Positions 62,801 through 64,000 of a stretch of DNA of 64,000 bases are shown piece after piece. The position numbers and the translations under genes are program-made. Source of the stretch: Malacoraja senta (lineage: Eukaryota); NCBI GenBank assembly GCA_038087875.1, contig JAXLNO010001705.1, positions 620,001 to 684,000 on the forward strand, given 5' to 3'. Numbering within the stretch: position 1 is the stretch's first letter; each line of letters begins with the position of its first letter. Under the pieces are notes generated by a model. It worked only from the letters and a program-made list of their open reading frames with translations, did no database searches and was not told the origin of the DNA.

Positions 62801-63690
62801 TCGTCAGGAGGAATCAGTCTGGTGTATAAGGTAGTAGCTCAGGTTAAGCAGGGGCAGTGGATGAACTGGGTAAGTGTAGAAAAGAGGAGGTTTAGCTGGA
62901 GGGGCCTGTGGTGCATGGAGAACGGTCATGTCAGTTTCCTTGTAGATGATGGCAAACAATCAGTAGGTGGGAACTCAGCATGTCCCTTGGGACTTGAAGG
63001 GCCGAGATGGCCTGTTTCCGTGCTGTTATGGTTATATGGTTGTGTTCAGAGGTGGCAACGTTGAGGCATGTTTTGTCAGGAAGTGGAACTAGTCTTTCTC
63101 AGGGTCGATATATTTGGCGGCATAACCATGTCTTGAAGTGCATAGCTGCAGCAATTGAGAGAAGAGCACAAGTGAATTCAGTAGGCATCAGGACTGAGAT
63201 GGTTGCAATTCATTTTGTCCGTGAGAGAGAGAAAGGTAGAGGAGGGAAGTTTTCAGACAGGTATGACTCAGGCCAGTTACGAGGAGCCAATGATTGGGAG
63301 ATGCAGGCAGATGTGGGATGGAAAATTATTACTAGTTTGATGCCTGATATAGTGTTATGGTCAGTTAGTCAGCCGATACTGTCTATTATAGACATGACAG
63401 TGCCTTGGGAAAACTTATTGGATGAGGCTTATGAAAGGAAAAAGCTTAGATATGTAGATTTGACAGCTGAGTTCGAGCAGCGAGGAAGGAGAGCAAGAGT
63501 GCATCCGGTAGAGGTAGGTTGCAGAAATTTCAAAATTAGATCGACCATGTCGCTATATGGAGTGCTGGGAATTCATGGACAAAGTTTGCGTCAGGCAGTA
63601 AAACAGACGTCAGAGGCCGCGGAGCAAGGCAGTAGGTGGATTTGGTGGAGAAGAAATAGTGTCAGTTGTGGACAGAAAGAAAACGTATGA
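59815..63690 (+). mobile_element. HERO-like (R2-group, restriction-like endonuclease) non-LTR retrotransposon, decayed and split by CR1
   Basis: EHS..LW..I..AK..LNVAVLDMENAF, GIMAGCAICPLVF, LMWPLTAYEVP, C..VATLRHVLSG...QGRYIWRH and PDIVLWS...DMTVPWE...EAYERKKLRY...PVEVGCR. Confidence 0.78.
60537..62365 (-). mobile_element. Young CR1, 5'-truncated sister of 10623-14352
   Basis: Near-identical to about 10623-12450; ORFs 60633-61748 and 61755-62330 separated by one stop; (CATAGATA)n tail. Confidence 0.92.
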
Positions 63691-64000
63691 CATGCAATAT
63701 GTGTACTTCTTTGTAATTGTCGTCTTTGTAAATGTATCCCGGTCTTATACACAAGAGTGATATTTGTGGTGTTAAAAGTTTAATGATGTCTAGGATTAGT
63801 GGAAGAAAGGATGCATGTGCTTAGCATTTGTTAGAGTGAGCTAATTGGCTGTTGCTTCATTTATTTAGTAGATACTGGTAGCATAGGTGGTGAGAGCAGG
63901 TATTGAGCAGGGTTGTTCGGGGAAGCCAGAACCAAATGTTGAGCCTCCCCTCGGTTTCTGGGGCCTATCGCAATGAAACACCAGTGAAGGGAGGTACCCA

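Overview
Vertebrate genomic DNA from a cartilaginous fish, most likely a skate (inferred from Ig sequence style and repeat families). The window holds one complete IgM heavy-chain cluster on the + strand: leader (20696-20741), VH exon (20914-21228), JH-bearing segment (22695-22746), C1-C4 with secretory tail (31369-48366), TM1 and TM2 (51407-51677). The cluster appears doubly pre-joined in the germline. The V runs into a D1-like sequence that ends in a 22-bp-spacer RSS. The J is preceded by a D2-like sequence and a 12-bp-spacer RSS. This VD1-[22]...[12]-D2J layout would need only one RAG event, and a blunt join is in frame. As assembled the cluster is a pseudogene: FR1 has a 2-nt frameshift and C1 has an in-frame TAA. 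C2-C4, the tail, the TM exons and all splice dinucleotides are intact. Most remaining sequence is retroelement-derived and often nested. It includes many CR1 LINEs (one with an intact ORF2), a full-length L1 with an 11-bp TSD, two L1 3' fragments with 14-bp TSDs, Penelope-like elements with hammerhead ribozyme motifs, Rex1/Babar fragments, a HERO-like RLE element and V-SINEs. An N-gap lies at 49745-50701. Repeat boundaries are approximate unless a TSD is given. All calls are by eye; no database search was run.
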